A stretch of DNA of 64,000 bases from the NCBI GenBank assembly GCA_902562875.1, contig CACEVB010000002.1, positions 16,941 through 80,940 of the forward strand, read 5' to 3'. This DNA is from an uncultured Pelagibacteraceae bacterium (GTDB taxonomy: Bacteria; Pseudomonadota; Alphaproteobacteria; Pelagibacterales; Pelagibacteraceae). Numbering within the stretch: position 1 is the stretch's first letter; each line of letters opens with the position of its first letter. The notes under the pieces were generated by a model. The model was not told where the DNA came from. It saw nothing but the letters and a program-made list of their open reading frames with translations, and made no database searches. Both the position numbers and the translations under genes were made by a program. This document shows, in pieces, positions 29,612-40,691 of this stretch.

Positions 29612-29978
29612 TAGTCAAAAAAATGTTTTAGGTGAAGACTTGGAAGAATGCTCAAAAAACCCCTTGACTGGTTGGTTTAGAGACGGCTGTTGTAATACTG
29701 ATGAAAATGATAAGGGCGTACATACTGTTTGTGCAAAAGTAAATAACGAATTTTTAGAGTGGTGTAAAAATGCAGGTAATGATTTAATAACACCTCATCC
29801 TGAGTATGGTTTTCCAGGGTTGAAGGATGGCGATAAATGGTGCATTTGTGCAAGTTGGTACGCTAAAGCGGTTGATGCAGGTAAAGGATGTCCAATTTTT
29901 TTAAAAAAAACTCATCGAAATACTCTAAAACTTGTTCCTATTGAAATTTTAAAAAAGTACGCTTTAGATTTATCTTAA
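29601..29978 (+). CDS. DUF2237-family protein
   Basis: NVLGEDLEECS, TGWFRDGCC, GNDLITP, WCICASW; start placed at the MVNN ATG. Confidence 0.85.
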   Translation: MVNNSQKNVLGEDLEECSKNPLTGWFRDGCCNTDENDKGVHTVCAKVNNEFLEWCKNAGNDLITPHPEYGFPGLKDGDKWCICASWYAKAVDAGKGCPIFLKKTHRNTLKLVPIEILKKYALDLS

Positions 29979-29979
29979 T

Positions 29980-31599
29980 TTACATATTTCCATATTTTGG
30001 TCCTCCTCCACCCTCTGGAGTTACCCAATTAATATTCTGAGAAGGTTCTTTAATATCGCAAGTTTTACAATGAATACAATTTTGTGAATTTATGACAAAT
30101 TTATTTATATTATTCTCCATTTGAACTTCGTAAACTCCTGCTGGGCAATATCTTTGAGCGGCTTCATCATATTTTTCAAGGTTATATTTAATAGGCAATT
30201 CTGGGTCTTTAAGATGTAAATGAACAGGCTGATTATCTGTATGATTTGTTCCTGTTAAATAAACTGAACTTGTTTTATCAAATGTAATAATATTGTCTGG
30301 TTTTGGATAGTCAATTTTAGGCATTTTTTCGGCTGGCATAAGCGCCTCATGGTCTGCATGCTTATGCTTTAAAGTGAAAGGTAATTTTCCTCTAAAAAGT
30401 ATTTGATCTATTCCAGTAAAAATAATTCCTAAAATTAAACCCCAATTGAAACTAGGTTTAACATTTCTTGCTTGATGTAATTCTTTATGAACCCAGCTTT
30501 TATTAAATTTTTCCTCATAAATAGATAAACTTTTATTATCCCTAAAATGCTCGACAATTGTTTCAGCAGCAATCATTCCACTCTTCATTGCTGTGTGTGA
30601 TCCTTTTATTTTTGGCATGTTCAAAGTGCCTGCATCACAACCAATTAATAAAGCTCCGGGCATATACATTTTAGGTAAACTTTGGATACCTCCTTCTATT
30701 AATGCTCTTGCGCCATACGAGATTCTCTTTCCTCCTTTAATATATTTTTTTATAGATGGATGTGTTTTAAATCTTTGAAATTCGTCAAATGGTGACAAAT
30801 GAGGGTTTTTATAATCAAGACCAATTACATAACCTAAAAAAATTTGTTTATTCTCTGCATGGTACATAAAACTTCCACCATAGGTATTGTTATCTAATGG
30901 CCATCCTGCAGTGTGCATTACAAGTCCTTCTTCATGATGTTTTTCATCAATCTCCCATATTTCTTTAAGCCCTATACCGTACTGTTGAGGATTTTTTCCT
31001 TTATCTAATTCGAATTTATTAATTAGTTGTTTTCCTAAGTGACCCCTGCAGCCCTCGGCAAAAATTGTAACTTTTGCATGTAATTCTATTCCAGACTCAA
31101 AACTATCTTTTTTATTTCCATCTTTATCTATACCCATGTCTTGAGTAGCAACACCTTTGACTGAGCCGTCATTATCATAAAGAATTTCACTTGCTGGAAA
31201 TCCTGGGAAAATTTCAACCCCTAATTTTTCTGCTTGCTCTGCCAACCATCTACATAAATTTGCAAGACTAATAATATAGTTGTTATGATTTTGCTGAACT
31301 TTAGGTAAAAGCCATGTTGGCCAACTTATTGACTTATTTTTTCCTAGAAATAAAAATTTTTCCTTAGTAACTTTTGTTTTGATTGGGTTTTCTAATTCTT
31401 TCCAATTAGGAATTAGCTCATCTAATGCTCTAGTTTCAAAAACATTTCCAGATAAAATATGCGCACCAATTTCTGAGGCTTTTTCTAATACACAAACATT
31501 AATTTCTGGATTTAGTTGTTTTAATTTTATAGCGGAGGATAACCCTGAGGGGCCACCACCGACAATAACCACATCATATTCCATAACTTCTTTAGTCAT
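29980..31599 (-). CDS. Electron transfer flavoprotein-ubiquinone oxidoreductase
   Basis: GGGPSG, GAHILSG, YCPAGVYE, NCIHCKTCDIK, PEGGGGP. Confidence 0.96.
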   Translation of the reverse strand: MTKEVMEYDVVIVGGGPSGLSSAIKLKQLNPEINVCVLEKASEIGAHILSGNVFETRALDELIPNWKELENPIKTKVTKEKFLFLGKNKSISWPTWLLPKVQQNHNNYIISLANLCRWLAEQAEKLGVEIFPGFPASEILYDNDGSVKGVATQDMGIDKDGNKKDSFESGIELHAKVTIFAEGCRGHLGKQLINKFELDKGKNPQQYGIGLKEIWEIDEKHHEEGLVMHTAGWPLDNNTYGGSFMYHAENKQIFLGYVIGLDYKNPHLSPFDEFQRFKTHPSIKKYIKGGKRISYGARALIEGGIQSLPKMYMPGALLIGCDAGTLNMPKIKGSHTAMKSGMIAAETIVEHFRDNKSLSIYEEKFNKSWVHKELHQARNVKPSFNWGLILGIIFTGIDQILFRGKLPFTLKHKHADHEALMPAEKMPKIDYPKPDNIITFDKTSSVYLTGTNHTDNQPVHLHLKDPELPIKYNLEKYDEAAQRYCPAGVYEVQMENNINKFVINSQNCIHCKTCDIKEPSQNINWVTPEGGGGPKYGNM

Positions 31600-31620
31600 G
31601 TAATTTTTTTACAGTATTTA

Positions 31621-32574
31621 CTATTTTTGTATAGTGTTTAATTTGTTCAGCTCTTCTAGAAATTGAGGTAGAGCTTCAAAAAGATCAGCTTCTAAACCAT
31701 AATCAGCAATACTGAATATTGGTGCCTCTCCATCTTTATTGATTGCGACAATTACTTTGCTCTCTTTCATTCCAGCCAAATGTTGAATTGCTCCTGAAAT
31801 TCCAACTGCAATATATAAATCTGGCACAACCACCTTACCCGTTTGCCCAACTTGATGATCGTTTGTTATATATCCTGCATCTACAGCAGCTCTTGAAGCT
31901 CCAATTGCTGCGTTAAGTTTATCCGCAACAGCTGTAATTAATTTAAAATTATCTCCACTTTGCAAACCTCTTCCGCCAGATATTACAATTCTCGCAGTTC
32001 CAAGTTCAGGTCTGTCTGACTTGATCTCCTCTTTTTTTACAAATTTTGTTGAAGAGTACTCCTCGCCAGTATCTCCCTTTTCTATTTCTGCTGACCCACC
32101 AGAAGAAGGTGCTGGTTCAAAAGAAGTGGGTCTTACTGTAACACATTTTTTTGGATCATTACTTTTAACAGTTGCAAATGCATTTCCTGCATAAATTGGT
32201 CTTAAAAAAGTATCTGACGAAATAACTTTTATAATATCGCTAACCTGAGATATATCTAGTTTAGCAGCAACTCTCGGCATTAAATTTTTACCGAAGGTAT
32301 TCGCAGCGCTTACAATGTGTGAATATTTATCCGCATATTTTAAAATTACAGGGACATAATTTTCCGCAACATAGTTTTCATATATCAAATTATCAACATG
32401 TATTACTTTTTTCACGCCGGAAACTTCCGATAATGATTTGGCAACAGGATCAGAATTATGTCCCATAATCAATACATGAACATCTTCATCAATTTTTGTT
32501 GCAGCATTTATTACATTAAGAGTAAATGGTTTTAATTCTTTATTGCTGTGCTCCGCTATCAATAGAACTGACAT
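31621..32574 (-). CDS. etfA: Electron transfer flavoprotein alpha subunit
   Basis: RPIYAGNA, GASRAAVDAG, QVGQTGK, GISGAIQHLAGM. Confidence 0.97.
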   Translation of the reverse strand: MSVLLIAEHSNKELKPFTLNVINAATKIDEDVHVLIMGHNSDPVAKSLSEVSGVKKVIHVDNLIYENYVAENYVPVILKYADKYSHIVSAANTFGKNLMPRVAAKLDISQVSDIIKVISSDTFLRPIYAGNAFATVKSNDPKKCVTVRPTSFEPAPSSGGSAEIEKGDTGEEYSSTKFVKKEEIKSDRPELGTARIVISGGRGLQSGDNFKLITAVADKLNAAIGASRAAVDAGYITNDHQVGQTGKVVVPDLYIAVGISGAIQHLAGMKESKVIVAINKDGEAPIFSIADYGLEADLFEALPQFLEELNKLNTIQK

Positions 32575-33323
32575 TAGATTACTTTTGCCTCATTTTTTAA
32601 TTTATTTACTAATTCAGCCACATTAGCAACTTTGATACCTGCTTTTCTTTTTGGTGGCTCTTCAACTTTAATTTGTTCGATTCTAGGTTTTGTATCAACC
32701 CCCAAATCTGTAGCACTCATTTGATCTAAAGGTTTTTTTTTTGCTTTCATTATGTTAGGCAATGAAGCATACCTGGGTTCATTTAATCTTAAATCACACG
32801 TAACAATTGCAGGTATTTTCACCTCAATAGTTTCTAATCCTTCATCAACTTCTCTTGTTACTTCCAAACTTTTATCTTTTACTTCAATTTTTGATGCAAA
32901 GGTCGCTTGAGGCCAATTGAGTAACGCTGCTAACATTTGACCTGTTTGATTACAATCATCATCAATTGCTTGTTTACCCATAAATACTAAATCTGGTTTT
33001 TCTTTTTCTACTATAGCTTTTAAAATTTTAGAGACAGCTAGCGGCTCAACTATTCCCTCTGTTTTGACATGAATTCCTCTATCAGCTCCTACTGCTAGAG
33101 CCTTTCTGACAGTTTCTTGAGCTTTGTCTTCACCTATTGTAATTGCAACAATCTCTTTTGCTTTTCCAGATTCTTTTATTCTTACTGCCTCCTCAATTGC
33201 ATTATCATCTGGTGGATTTGTAGACATTTTAACATTATCAGTCACTATTCCACTGTTGTCTTCCTTAACTCTAATTTGAACATTGTAATCAATTACTCTT
33301 TTAACAGCTACTAATATTTTCAT
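32574..33323 (-). CDS. etfB: Electron transfer flavoprotein beta subunit
   Basis: [33 protein letters not shown]. Confidence 0.97.
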   Translation of the reverse strand: MKILVAVKRVIDYNVQIRVKEDNSGIVTDNVKMSTNPPDDNAIEEAVRIKESGKAKEIVAITIGEDKAQETVRKALAVGADRGIHVKTEGIVEPLAVSKILKAIVEKEKPDLVFMGKQAIDDDCNQTGQMLAALLNWPQATFASKIEVKDKSLEVTREVDEGLETIEVKIPAIVTCDLRLNEPRYASLPNIMKAKKKPLDQMSATDLGVDTKPRIEQIKVEEPPKRKAGIKVANVAELVNKLKNEAKVI

Positions 33324-35755
33324 TATGCTCTCAATAATTTATTTTTAGGATCATAAGGACTATCCTCTAAAATAGTCGCTTCATGTTTCATCCCCAATAT
33401 TTCAATCTTTAGTTTTTGGCCTACGTTAGCTAACTGTGGTTTTACCATTCCTAACGCTATTGATTTTCCTAATCTAAATCCGTAATCTCCACCGGTTGCT
33501 CTTCCTATAACGCTACCATTTTCATAAATTGGATTATTTCCCAAAACATCAGCATTATCAACATTGTGTACTTCGAGTGTAACTAGCTTATTATCAAATC
33601 CTTTTTCTCTCCATTTGTTCAGCGCATCAAGACCAATAAATCTTCCCTTATTAGGATGTATAAATCTATCTAAACCACTTTCATAAGGAGAGTATTCTAT
33701 AGATAATTCAGTACCTACCAATTTATATGATTTTTCAACTCTTAAACTATTCATAGCTCTAATTCCAAATGGTTTTAATCCTAGATCTTTTCCAGCATCC
33801 ATTAATTTATCAAATATATGATTTTGATATTCAATTGGATGATGAAGTTCCCAACCTAGTTCTCCAACAAAATTTACTCTCATAGCATTAACAGGAGCAT
33901 AACCTACGTCTACATTCTTAGCACTGAGCCATTTGAAATTATCATTTGAAAAATCATCTTTAGAAACTCTTGTCATTAGCTCCCTTGCTTTAGGGCCTGA
34001 TACAACTAGAACGCCAGTGCTATTAGTTAAATTTTCAAATTGAACTGAGCCATCTTGTGGCATCCATTTTAATATCCAGTCATGGTCTAATCTTTGATAT
34101 GCTCCAGCCGAAACAAGGTAAAAACTATTCTCTGACTCTCGCATTACTGTAAATTCAGAGTGAACACCACCTTTTGTATTCAATGCGTGACATAAATTAA
34201 TTCTTCCAATTTTCTTTGGTAATTTATTCGCCACAAGATTATCTAAAAACTCCTCAGCCTTTGGTCCTTTAATTCTGCATTTTGCAAAAGCCGTCATATC
34301 TAATAGACCAACATTTTCTCTTACATTTTTGCATTCTTTCTTAATTGCATCAAACCATTTAGATCTTCTAAATGACCAATGATCTTTTTGTTCCATTCCA
34401 TCAGTTGCGAAGAAATTTGGTCTTTCCCATCCAAATTTTTGACCAAAAACAGCTCCAAGGTTTTTCATTCGATCATAACATGGTGCTGTTCTAAGTGGTC
34501 TTGCAGCTGGTCTCTCTTCATCGGGAAAATGAGTTATAAATACATGGCTATACGCCTCCTCATTTTTTTCTTTTAAATAAGATTTAGAGCAATAATCCCC
34601 ATATCTTCTTGGTTCTACTCCAAGCATGTCAATTGTTGGTTCTCCATCAATTATCCACTCTGCTAATTGCCAGCCTGCACCACCTGCGGCTGTTATTCCA
34701 AAACTATGACCTTCATTAATCCAAAAATTTTTTAAACCCCAAGCAGGTCCTACTATTGGATTACCGTCAGGTGTATAACAAATTGCACCGTTATAAACTT
34801 TTTTTACTCCAACTTCTCCAAAAGCTGGTACACGATGAATTGCACCTTCTATGTGTGGCGCAAGTCTTTCTAGATCTTCTTGAAATAATTCGTATTCAGA
34901 ATCTTTTGATGGACCATTAACGTAACATGCTGGAGCACCATCTTCGTATGGGCCTAATATAAGTCCACCCGCTTCTTCTCTCATGTACCATCTACTGTCA
35001 CTATCTCTTAGTACTCCCATTTCAGGTAGACCGTCTTTTTTTCTTTTTTGAATTTCTGGATGCGGTTCAGTAACAATATATTGGTGTTCTACTGGAATTA
35101 CTGGTATATCTAAACCTACCATCTTACCCGTTTGACGGGCAAAATTACCTGAACAGGAAATTACATGTTCACATTCAATTGATCCCTTATCTGTTTCCAC
35201 TATCCAGCCAGTCTTTGTTTGTTTAATACTTGTGACTGCAGTATTTCTATAAATTTCTGCACCTCTATTTCTAGCACCTGTTGCTAATGCTTGTGTTAAA
35301 TCTGCTGGCTGAATATATCCGTCTTCAGGATGTTGTATTGCGCCAACTAAATCATCTGTATGACATAAAGGCCAAATTTCTTTGACTTGTTCTGGTTTTA
35401 AAAAATTAACCTTCACACCAATTGTTTGAGCAACTCCTGCATATTGATAATACTCATCCATCCTATCATTATTGCTAGCTAATCTAATGTTTGACACAAC
35501 ACTGAACCCTACATTTTTTCCAGTTTCCTCCTCTAAATTTTTATATAAATTTACTGCATATTTATGAAGTTGTCCCACAGAGTAACTCATATTGAAGAGT
35601 GGTAGTAATCCTGCAGCATGCCAGGTAGACCCCGATGTAAGTTCTTTTCTTTCGACCAAAACAACATCGGACCAGCCCTTTTTGGCTAAATGATATAAAG
35701 CACTTACTCCTACTACTCCACCTCCAACAACAACAACTTTAGCTTTATTTTTCAT
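33323..35755 (-). CDS. Dimethylglycine dehydrogenase-like FAD/GcvT-domain oxidoreductase
   Basis: [22 protein letters not shown]-terminal GcvT domain (GELGWELH); stop overlaps the etfB start. Confidence 0.88.
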   Translation of the reverse strand: MKNKAKVVVVGGGVVGVSALYHLAKKGWSDVVLVERKELTSGSTWHAAGLLPLFNMSYSVGQLHKYAVNLYKNLEEETGKNVGFSVVSNIRLASNNDRMDEYYQYAGVAQTIGVKVNFLKPEQVKEIWPLCHTDDLVGAIQHPEDGYIQPADLTQALATGARNRGAEIYRNTAVTSIKQTKTGWIVETDKGSIECEHVISCSGNFARQTGKMVGLDIPVIPVEHQYIVTEPHPEIQKRKKDGLPEMGVLRDSDSRWYMREEAGGLILGPYEDGAPACYVNGPSKDSEYELFQEDLERLAPHIEGAIHRVPAFGEVGVKKVYNGAICYTPDGNPIVGPAWGLKNFWINEGHSFGITAAGGAGWQLAEWIIDGEPTIDMLGVEPRRYGDYCSKSYLKEKNEEAYSHVFITHFPDEERPAARPLRTAPCYDRMKNLGAVFGQKFGWERPNFFATDGMEQKDHWSFRRSKWFDAIKKECKNVRENVGLLDMTAFAKCRIKGPKAEEFLDNLVANKLPKKIGRINLCHALNTKGGVHSEFTVMRESENSFYLVSAGAYQRLDHDWILKWMPQDGSVQFENLTNSTGVLVVSGPKARELMTRVSKDDFSNDNFKWLSAKNVDVGYAPVNAMRVNFVGELGWELHHPIEYQNHIFDKLMDAGKDLGLKPFGIRAMNSLRVEKSYKLVGTELSIEYSPYESGLDRFIHPNKGRFIGLDALNKWREKGFDNKLVTLEVHNVDNADVLGNNPIYENGSVIGRATGGDYGFRLGKSIALGMVKPQLANVGQKLKIEILGMKHEATILEDSPYDPKNKLLRA

Positions 35756-35799
35756 TAATTGATTTCTACTAGATTTTTCATATTTTACGAAACAAAAAT

Positions 35800-36006
35800 T
35801 TAATAATCATCATCAGAATCTCTCCAACCTTTAATATACATCAAATACGCCGCAACACTTACACTAATTGCTCCAGCTACCATGCCGCAGTTAAGCCCTA
35901 CAACTTTACCGAAAAAATACCATCCAATTTGTGTAGCTCCAATAGGAGGTATACATAAAATTGCCATCAAGACTGGTATCTTTTTATAAAAAGGCCATTT
36001 ATCCAT
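35800..36006 (-). CDS. 68-aa two-TM hypothetical membrane protein
   Basis: Likely start MDKWPFYKK at 36006, overlapping the upstream stop (TAATG). Confidence 0.65.
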   Translation of the reverse strand: MDKWPFYKKIPVLMAILCIPPIGATQIGWYFFGKVVGLNCGMVAGAISVSVAAYLMYIKGWRDSDDDY

Positions 36007-36470
36007 TATATTGATGAACCCATATCTAAAGGTTGAGAGACTGAGGTAGTTAGCCAACAATCTTTTAAAGGACCCGAGGATTTATATTTTTCAACCTTCC
36101 ACTGAAATTTATAATATTTTTTATCATCATCCATAATTGTTACTTCGTACATTGCAACTTCATTTGTTATATATACCTGATCTACTTTATGCTCTTTGTG
36201 GTTTAAAAGCATTGAGTAGGATGCGCCTTTCAACATTGATTTAAACTTAGCTAACGGACCAGTATATCTTTGGTTATTTGGGTGTGCAAATTCCCATGTT
36301 TGTTCTATACCACTATCTTTTTTTGGTTCGTCATTATTCATCAAACCTCTTAATTGAATTTTTACAACTTGTATCGGCTCTATTCCATTATTTGGTTTTA
36401 TTAACTCGCCAAAAGCTGGTAAATTATAGAAAATTATTATTAGAATTAAACTTAATCTTTTTAAATACAT
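36006..36470 (-). CDS. Secreted hypothetical protein (DUF4864-like)
   Basis: Signal peptide, QVVKIQL, FAHPNN, CWLT. Confidence 0.7.
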   Translation of the reverse strand: MYLKRLSLILIIIFYNLPAFGELIKPNNGIEPIQVVKIQLRGLMNNDEPKKDSGIEQTWEFAHPNNQRYTGPLAKFKSMLKGASYSMLLNHKEHKVDQVYITNEVAMYEVTIMDDDKKYYKFQWKVEKYKSSGPLKDCWLTTSVSQPLDMGSSI

Positions 36471-36523
36471 ATTTATAATTTAATTATATTATTAAAATAT
36501 AACTTTTAACGATTGATAAAAAA

Positions 36524-37465
36524 ATGAAAATAGGATTTATTGGCTTAGGCAATGTAGGTGGAAAATTAGCAAATAACTTGCTTAAAAGCAGATATAGATT
36601 AATTGTTAGAGATTTAGATCCAAAATTATTAAAGAAATTTAAAAAAAGGGGGGCAGTTATTGCTACTTCTCCAAAAGATTTAGCTGAAAAGAGTGACGTA
36701 ATTATTACCTGTCTACCATCACCAAAATCGTGTTCTAGAGTTATGACTGCAAAAGACGGTGTGCTTAAAGGTTTAAAAAAAAATAAAATTTGGCTTGAAA
36801 TGAGCACTACTGATCAATCAGAGGTAAAAAGAATAGGAACAATGATCAAGAAAAAGGGTTCTTATGCACTAGATGTGCCAGTGAGTGGTGGTTGTCATAG
36901 AGCGGCAACTGGAAATATTTCGATATTTGCAGGAGGCGAAAAAAAAGTTTTCAAAAAAGTTTTACCAATTTTAAAGTGTATGGGTAGAAAAATTTTATAC
37001 ACAGGAGAATTAGGAACAGCATCAATTTTAAAAGTTATCACAAATTATTTGGCATCTGTTCATTTAGCAGCACTTGGAGAAGCATGGACAGTAGCAAAAA
37101 AATCAAAATTAAATTTAAATAAAACTTATAAAGGTATTGCTGCTTCCTCTGGTAATTCATTTGTTCATGAGTCAGAAAGTCAGGTAATATTAAATGGTTC
37201 ATATAATATTAATTTTACAATGGATTTGGTAAAAAAGGATTTGAAGTTATTTAATGATCTTTCTAAAAGACTTAAAACACCTTTAGAAATATCACCCTTT
37301 GTACTTAACATATTTAATAAAGCTCAAAAAAAATATGGATCTAAAGCTTGGTCATCGATGGTCGTTAAAAGATTAGAAGATAAGTACAAATTAAAATTTA
37401 GAGCACCAGGTTTTCCAAAAGAATTAAAAGATTTTGAAAAGCAAAAAAAAGGTTATGAAATATAA
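36524..37465 (+). CDS. NAD(P)-dependent beta-hydroxyacid dehydrogenase (3-hydroxyisobutyrate DH family)
   Basis: GFIGLGNVG, EMSTT, PVSGG, catalytic K in LKVITN. Confidence 0.85.
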   Translation: MKIGFIGLGNVGGKLANNLLKSRYRLIVRDLDPKLLKKFKKRGAVIATSPKDLAEKSDVIITCLPSPKSCSRVMTAKDGVLKGLKKNKIWLEMSTTDQSEVKRIGTMIKKKGSYALDVPVSGGCHRAATGNISIFAGGEKKVFKKVLPILKCMGRKILYTGELGTASILKVITNYLASVHLAALGEAWTVAKKSKLNLNKTYKGIAASSGNSFVHESESQVILNGSYNINFTMDLVKKDLKLFNDLSKRLKTPLEISPFVLNIFNKAQKKYGSKAWSSMVVKRLEDKYKLKFRAPGFPKELKDFEKQKKGYEI

Positions 37466-37485
37466 CAATTATGCTACAATAATTT

Positions 37486-38919
37486 ATGTTAGATAAAAAA
37501 AAGTTCTATATAAATGGTGAATGGGTAGATCCAAAAAACCCAAATAATTTTGAGGTAATAAATCCCTCTACTGAAGAAGTGTGCGCTGTTATAAATTTAG
37601 GAAGTTCAGATGATACTAATTCTGCAGTTAAGGCTGCAAAAAAAGCTTTTGAAACATGGAAAGAAACAACTAAAGATGAAAGATTAAAATTGTTAGAGAA
37701 ACTTCTAACAATATACAAGGCTAGATGGGATGATATGACAGATGCAATTACAACTGAATTAGGTTGTCCAAAAGATTGGTGTTCTGCAAATCAAACCTCA
37801 TCAGGAGCAGGTCATATAGAGGATTTTATAAAAAGATTAAAAGAATTTAATTTTGAACCTGGGTTTGATAAAGGCTCAGTTAATCATATTGTGTATGAAC
37901 CAATTGGAGTTTGTGGTTTAATAACTCCCTGGAACTGGCCGATAAATCAGATTGCGCTAAAAGTAATTCCTGCGTTTGCAACCGGATGTACAATGATATT
38001 AAAACCTTCAGAGATCGCTCCACTTTCGGGAATGTTATTTGCAGAAATGATACATGAAGCAGGTTTCCCTGCAGGTGTTTTTAATTTAGTTAATGGAGAT
38101 GGTCCTGGTGTAGGAACGGATTTATCAGGACATCCTGATGTTGATATGGTTTCTTTTACAGGTTCTACTAGGGCAGGAAAATTAATAACTAAAAATGCAG
38201 CTGATACAATTAAAAGAGTTTGTTTGGAGTTAGGTGGCAAGGGTGGAAATATTGTTTTTGCAGATTCATATCCAGATGCAGTGAGAGATGGTATTAGAAA
38301 CGTAATGAGTAATTCAGGACAATCTTGTGATGCTCCAACAAGAATGTTGGTTGAAAAATCCATTTATAAGAGAGCAGTTGAAGAAGCTGCTGATGAAGCA
38401 AATAAAATCAAAGTAGATTTAGCATCTAAAGCGGGTGAGCATATTGGTCCTGTGATATCTAAAACTCAATTTAATAAAATCCAAAGTCTTATTAAAAGTG
38501 GCATAGATGAAGGTGCAACCTTAGTTGCTGGGGGACCAGATAAACCTGAGAACTTTAAAAAAGGTTACTTTATAAAACCTACTGTATTTACTGATGTTAA
38601 TAATGAAATGAGAATAGCAAAAGAGGAAATTTTTGGTCCAGTTTTATCTATCATACCATTTGAAAACGAAGAAGATGCAATTAAAATAACAAATGATACA
38701 GAATATGGACTTGGAAATTATCTGCAAACAGAGGATAAGGAAAAAGCTAAAAGAGTATCAAAAAAGTTAAGATCAGGAATTGTTTATGTAAATCATAAAC
38801 CTGCAGACTCTGGAACACCTTTTGGAGGATATAGACAGTCAGGTAATGGACGTGAAGGAGGCACTTGGGGTCTTCATGAATATTTAGAGGTCAAAACAAT
38901 AACTGAATGGAAAAATTAA
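37486..38919 (+). CDS. Aldehyde dehydrogenase
   Basis: ITPWNWP, FTGST, LELGGK, GQSC, EEIFGPV. Confidence 0.95.
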   Translation: MLDKKKFYINGEWVDPKNPNNFEVINPSTEEVCAVINLGSSDDTNSAVKAAKKAFETWKETTKDERLKLLEKLLTIYKARWDDMTDAITTELGCPKDWCSANQTSSGAGHIEDFIKRLKEFNFEPGFDKGSVNHIVYEPIGVCGLITPWNWPINQIALKVIPAFATGCTMILKPSEIAPLSGMLFAEMIHEAGFPAGVFNLVNGDGPGVGTDLSGHPDVDMVSFTGSTRAGKLITKNAADTIKRVCLELGGKGGNIVFADSYPDAVRDGIRNVMSNSGQSCDAPTRMLVEKSIYKRAVEEAADEANKIKVDLASKAGEHIGPVISKTQFNKIQSLIKSGIDEGATLVAGGPDKPENFKKGYFIKPTVFTDVNNEMRIAKEEIFGPVLSIIPFENEEDAIKITNDTEYGLGNYLQTEDKEKAKRVSKKLRSGIVYVNHKPADSGTPFGGYRQSGNGREGGTWGLHEYLEVKTITEWKN

Positions 38920-38920
38920 T

Positions 38921-39304
38921 ATGATTGGTTATGTGATGGTTGGCACCAACAATCTAGAAAAAGCGATTATTTTTTACGACGAAGTTCTAAGAATTATAAA
39001 TCTTACTAGAAAAGACACTGACGAAGTCTGTGCAGGCTACACTCAAAATAATGGAGATGGCAATATAGAATTTTACGTAACCAAACCTGCAAACATGAAA
39101 ACAGCAACATTTGGCAATGGAACACAGGTTTCATTTTTAGTTTCATCAAGAGAAATTGTGGATAAGTTTCATGAAATTGGCTTAAAAGCTGGTGGAACTA
39201 GTGAAGGAAGTGGTGGTGAAAGACCTGAGGGTTCAGGTGTTTACTATTCATATATTCGCGATCTAGATGGAAATAAAATCTGCGCTTTTACAAATAACAA
39301 ATAG
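38921..39304 (+). CDS. VOC/glyoxalase-family protein
   Basis: GYVMVGTNNL, GNGT, YIRDLDGNKI. Confidence 0.88.
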   Translation: MIGYVMVGTNNLEKAIIFYDEVLRIINLTRKDTDEVCAGYTQNNGDGNIEFYVTKPANMKTATFGNGTQVSFLVSSREIVDKFHEIGLKAGGTSEGSGGERPEGSGVYYSYIRDLDGNKICAFTNNK

Positions 39305-39309
39305 CTTCA

Positions 39310-40221
39310 ATGACCTACTCATTAATAGATGAAAGATTAAAACAAGGTAAGACAATCATTCTAGACGGGGGTATTGGAGGAGAGTTACAAAAGGTTGGGG
39401 CAAAAATGGATAAAGGTTTATGGTGTGGAAGATGTTCGCTAGATAGTCCTGATAAATTATTAAAAGTACATAATAATTATATAAACGCAGGTGCCGATGT
39501 AATCACAACAAATACTTATGCCTCAACACCTATATCTATGAAAAAATATGGTTATGAAAACTTAATCGAGGAATGTAATTTAAAAAGTGTTGAAATTGCA
39601 AAAGAAGCTGCTGATGGAAAAAATGTAGCTGTTGCAGGATCAGTATCCACTTATGGTTATTTTTTAAAAGATGGTGTAGAAAACATGTTGCCCAGTTTTA
39701 ACGACCATTTAAAAATTTTATCTAACTCAGGTGTTGATCTAATAATACTAGAAGCAATGTCATCTCAATATGACATCGTTGAAACTCTCTTAAAATGTTC
39801 CAAGAAAATAAATATACCCATATGGCTTTCTATATCGTGTGTATTTGATAGAAATAAGGAAATTTATCTGGGATATGACGATGACGTAAAAAATGACAAG
39901 CCTCAGATTTATGAAAATTTTAAAGATACGTTGCATAAAATTAAAAAAATACACTCTGGACCAATCTTAGTAGCACATTCAAATATGAGTGTTACTGAAG
40001 AAGCTATAAAGATTTTAAAAGATAACTATAAAAAGACAATTGGTGCATATCCAAATAGAGGGTATTTTGAAAAACCTGAGTGGAAATTTTCAGACAACAT
40101 TCAACCAAAAGACTATTTGAATAAAGCAAAAAGTTGGAAAAATAACGGTGCTCAGATAATTGGTGGATGCTGTGGTATTGGATTAGAAGAAATAAAAGCA
40201 ATATCAATTCTAAAAAATTAA
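39310..40221 (+). CDS. Homocysteine S-methyltransferase family protein (BHMT/MmuM-like)
   Basis: ILDGGIG, AGADVITTNTY, YPN, IGGCCG. Confidence 0.88.
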   Translation: MTYSLIDERLKQGKTIILDGGIGGELQKVGAKMDKGLWCGRCSLDSPDKLLKVHNNYINAGADVITTNTYASTPISMKKYGYENLIEECNLKSVEIAKEAADGKNVAVAGSVSTYGYFLKDGVENMLPSFNDHLKILSNSGVDLIILEAMSSQYDIVETLLKCSKKINIPIWLSISCVFDRNKEIYLGYDDDVKNDKPQIYENFKDTLHKIKKIHSGPILVAHSNMSVTEEAIKILKDNYKKTIGAYPNRGYFEKPEWKFSDNIQPKDYLNKAKSWKNNGAQIIGGCCGIGLEEIKAISILKN

Positions 40222-40235
40222 TATATTATAAACTT

Positions 40236-40691
40236 ATGAAAACATTCATTGGCGGAATAGGTTGTTTTTGGGACGAAAAAAAATACGACGGTATTGATGG
40301 AATAATATCTACTGAATGTGGATATTGTGGCGGGGATGAACCGAATGTAACATATAAAGCTGTATGTGGTGGTGATACTGGTCATATAGAAGTTGTAAAA
40401 GTTCAGTATGATGAAAAAACAAAATCATATGAGGATATGGTTAGATTATTTTTTGAGCTTCACGACTCTACACAAGTTAATCGACAAGGTACGTATGTTG
40501 GGATTCAATATAGATCAGAAATTTTTTATGCAAATGATGAAGAAAAAAAGATTGCTGAAAAAGTACTAGATGAAATGAATAAAAAACTAGATGGAAAAGT
40601 TTCAACAAAGGTTTCAAAAGAAAAAAATTATTGTAAAGCTGAAGGTTACCATCAAAAGTATGAAAAAAATAAGTCTTTAAAGTTTGGCTAA
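40236..40691 (+). CDS. msrA: Peptide-methionine (S)-sulfoxide reductase
   Basis: GCFW, GYCGG, TGHIEVV, QYRS, YHQKY; start placed at the MKTF ATG. Confidence 0.88.
   Translation: MKTFIGGIGCFWDEKKYDGIDGIISTECGYCGGDEPNVTYKAVCGGDTGHIEVVKVQYDEKTKSYEDMVRLFFELHDSTQVNRQGTYVGIQYRSEIFYANDEEKKIAEKVLDEMNKKLDGKVSTKVSKEKNYCKAEGYHQKYEKNKSLKFG

Noticed and set aside
36007-36060. Longer start for the 35800 ORF
   Set aside because: It overlaps the upstream gene; TAATG coupling at 36006 is more plausible.
40167-40235. N-terminal extension of MsrA given in the ORF track
   Set aside because: It overlaps the methyltransferase 3' end; the ATG at 40236 gives a normal compact MsrA.
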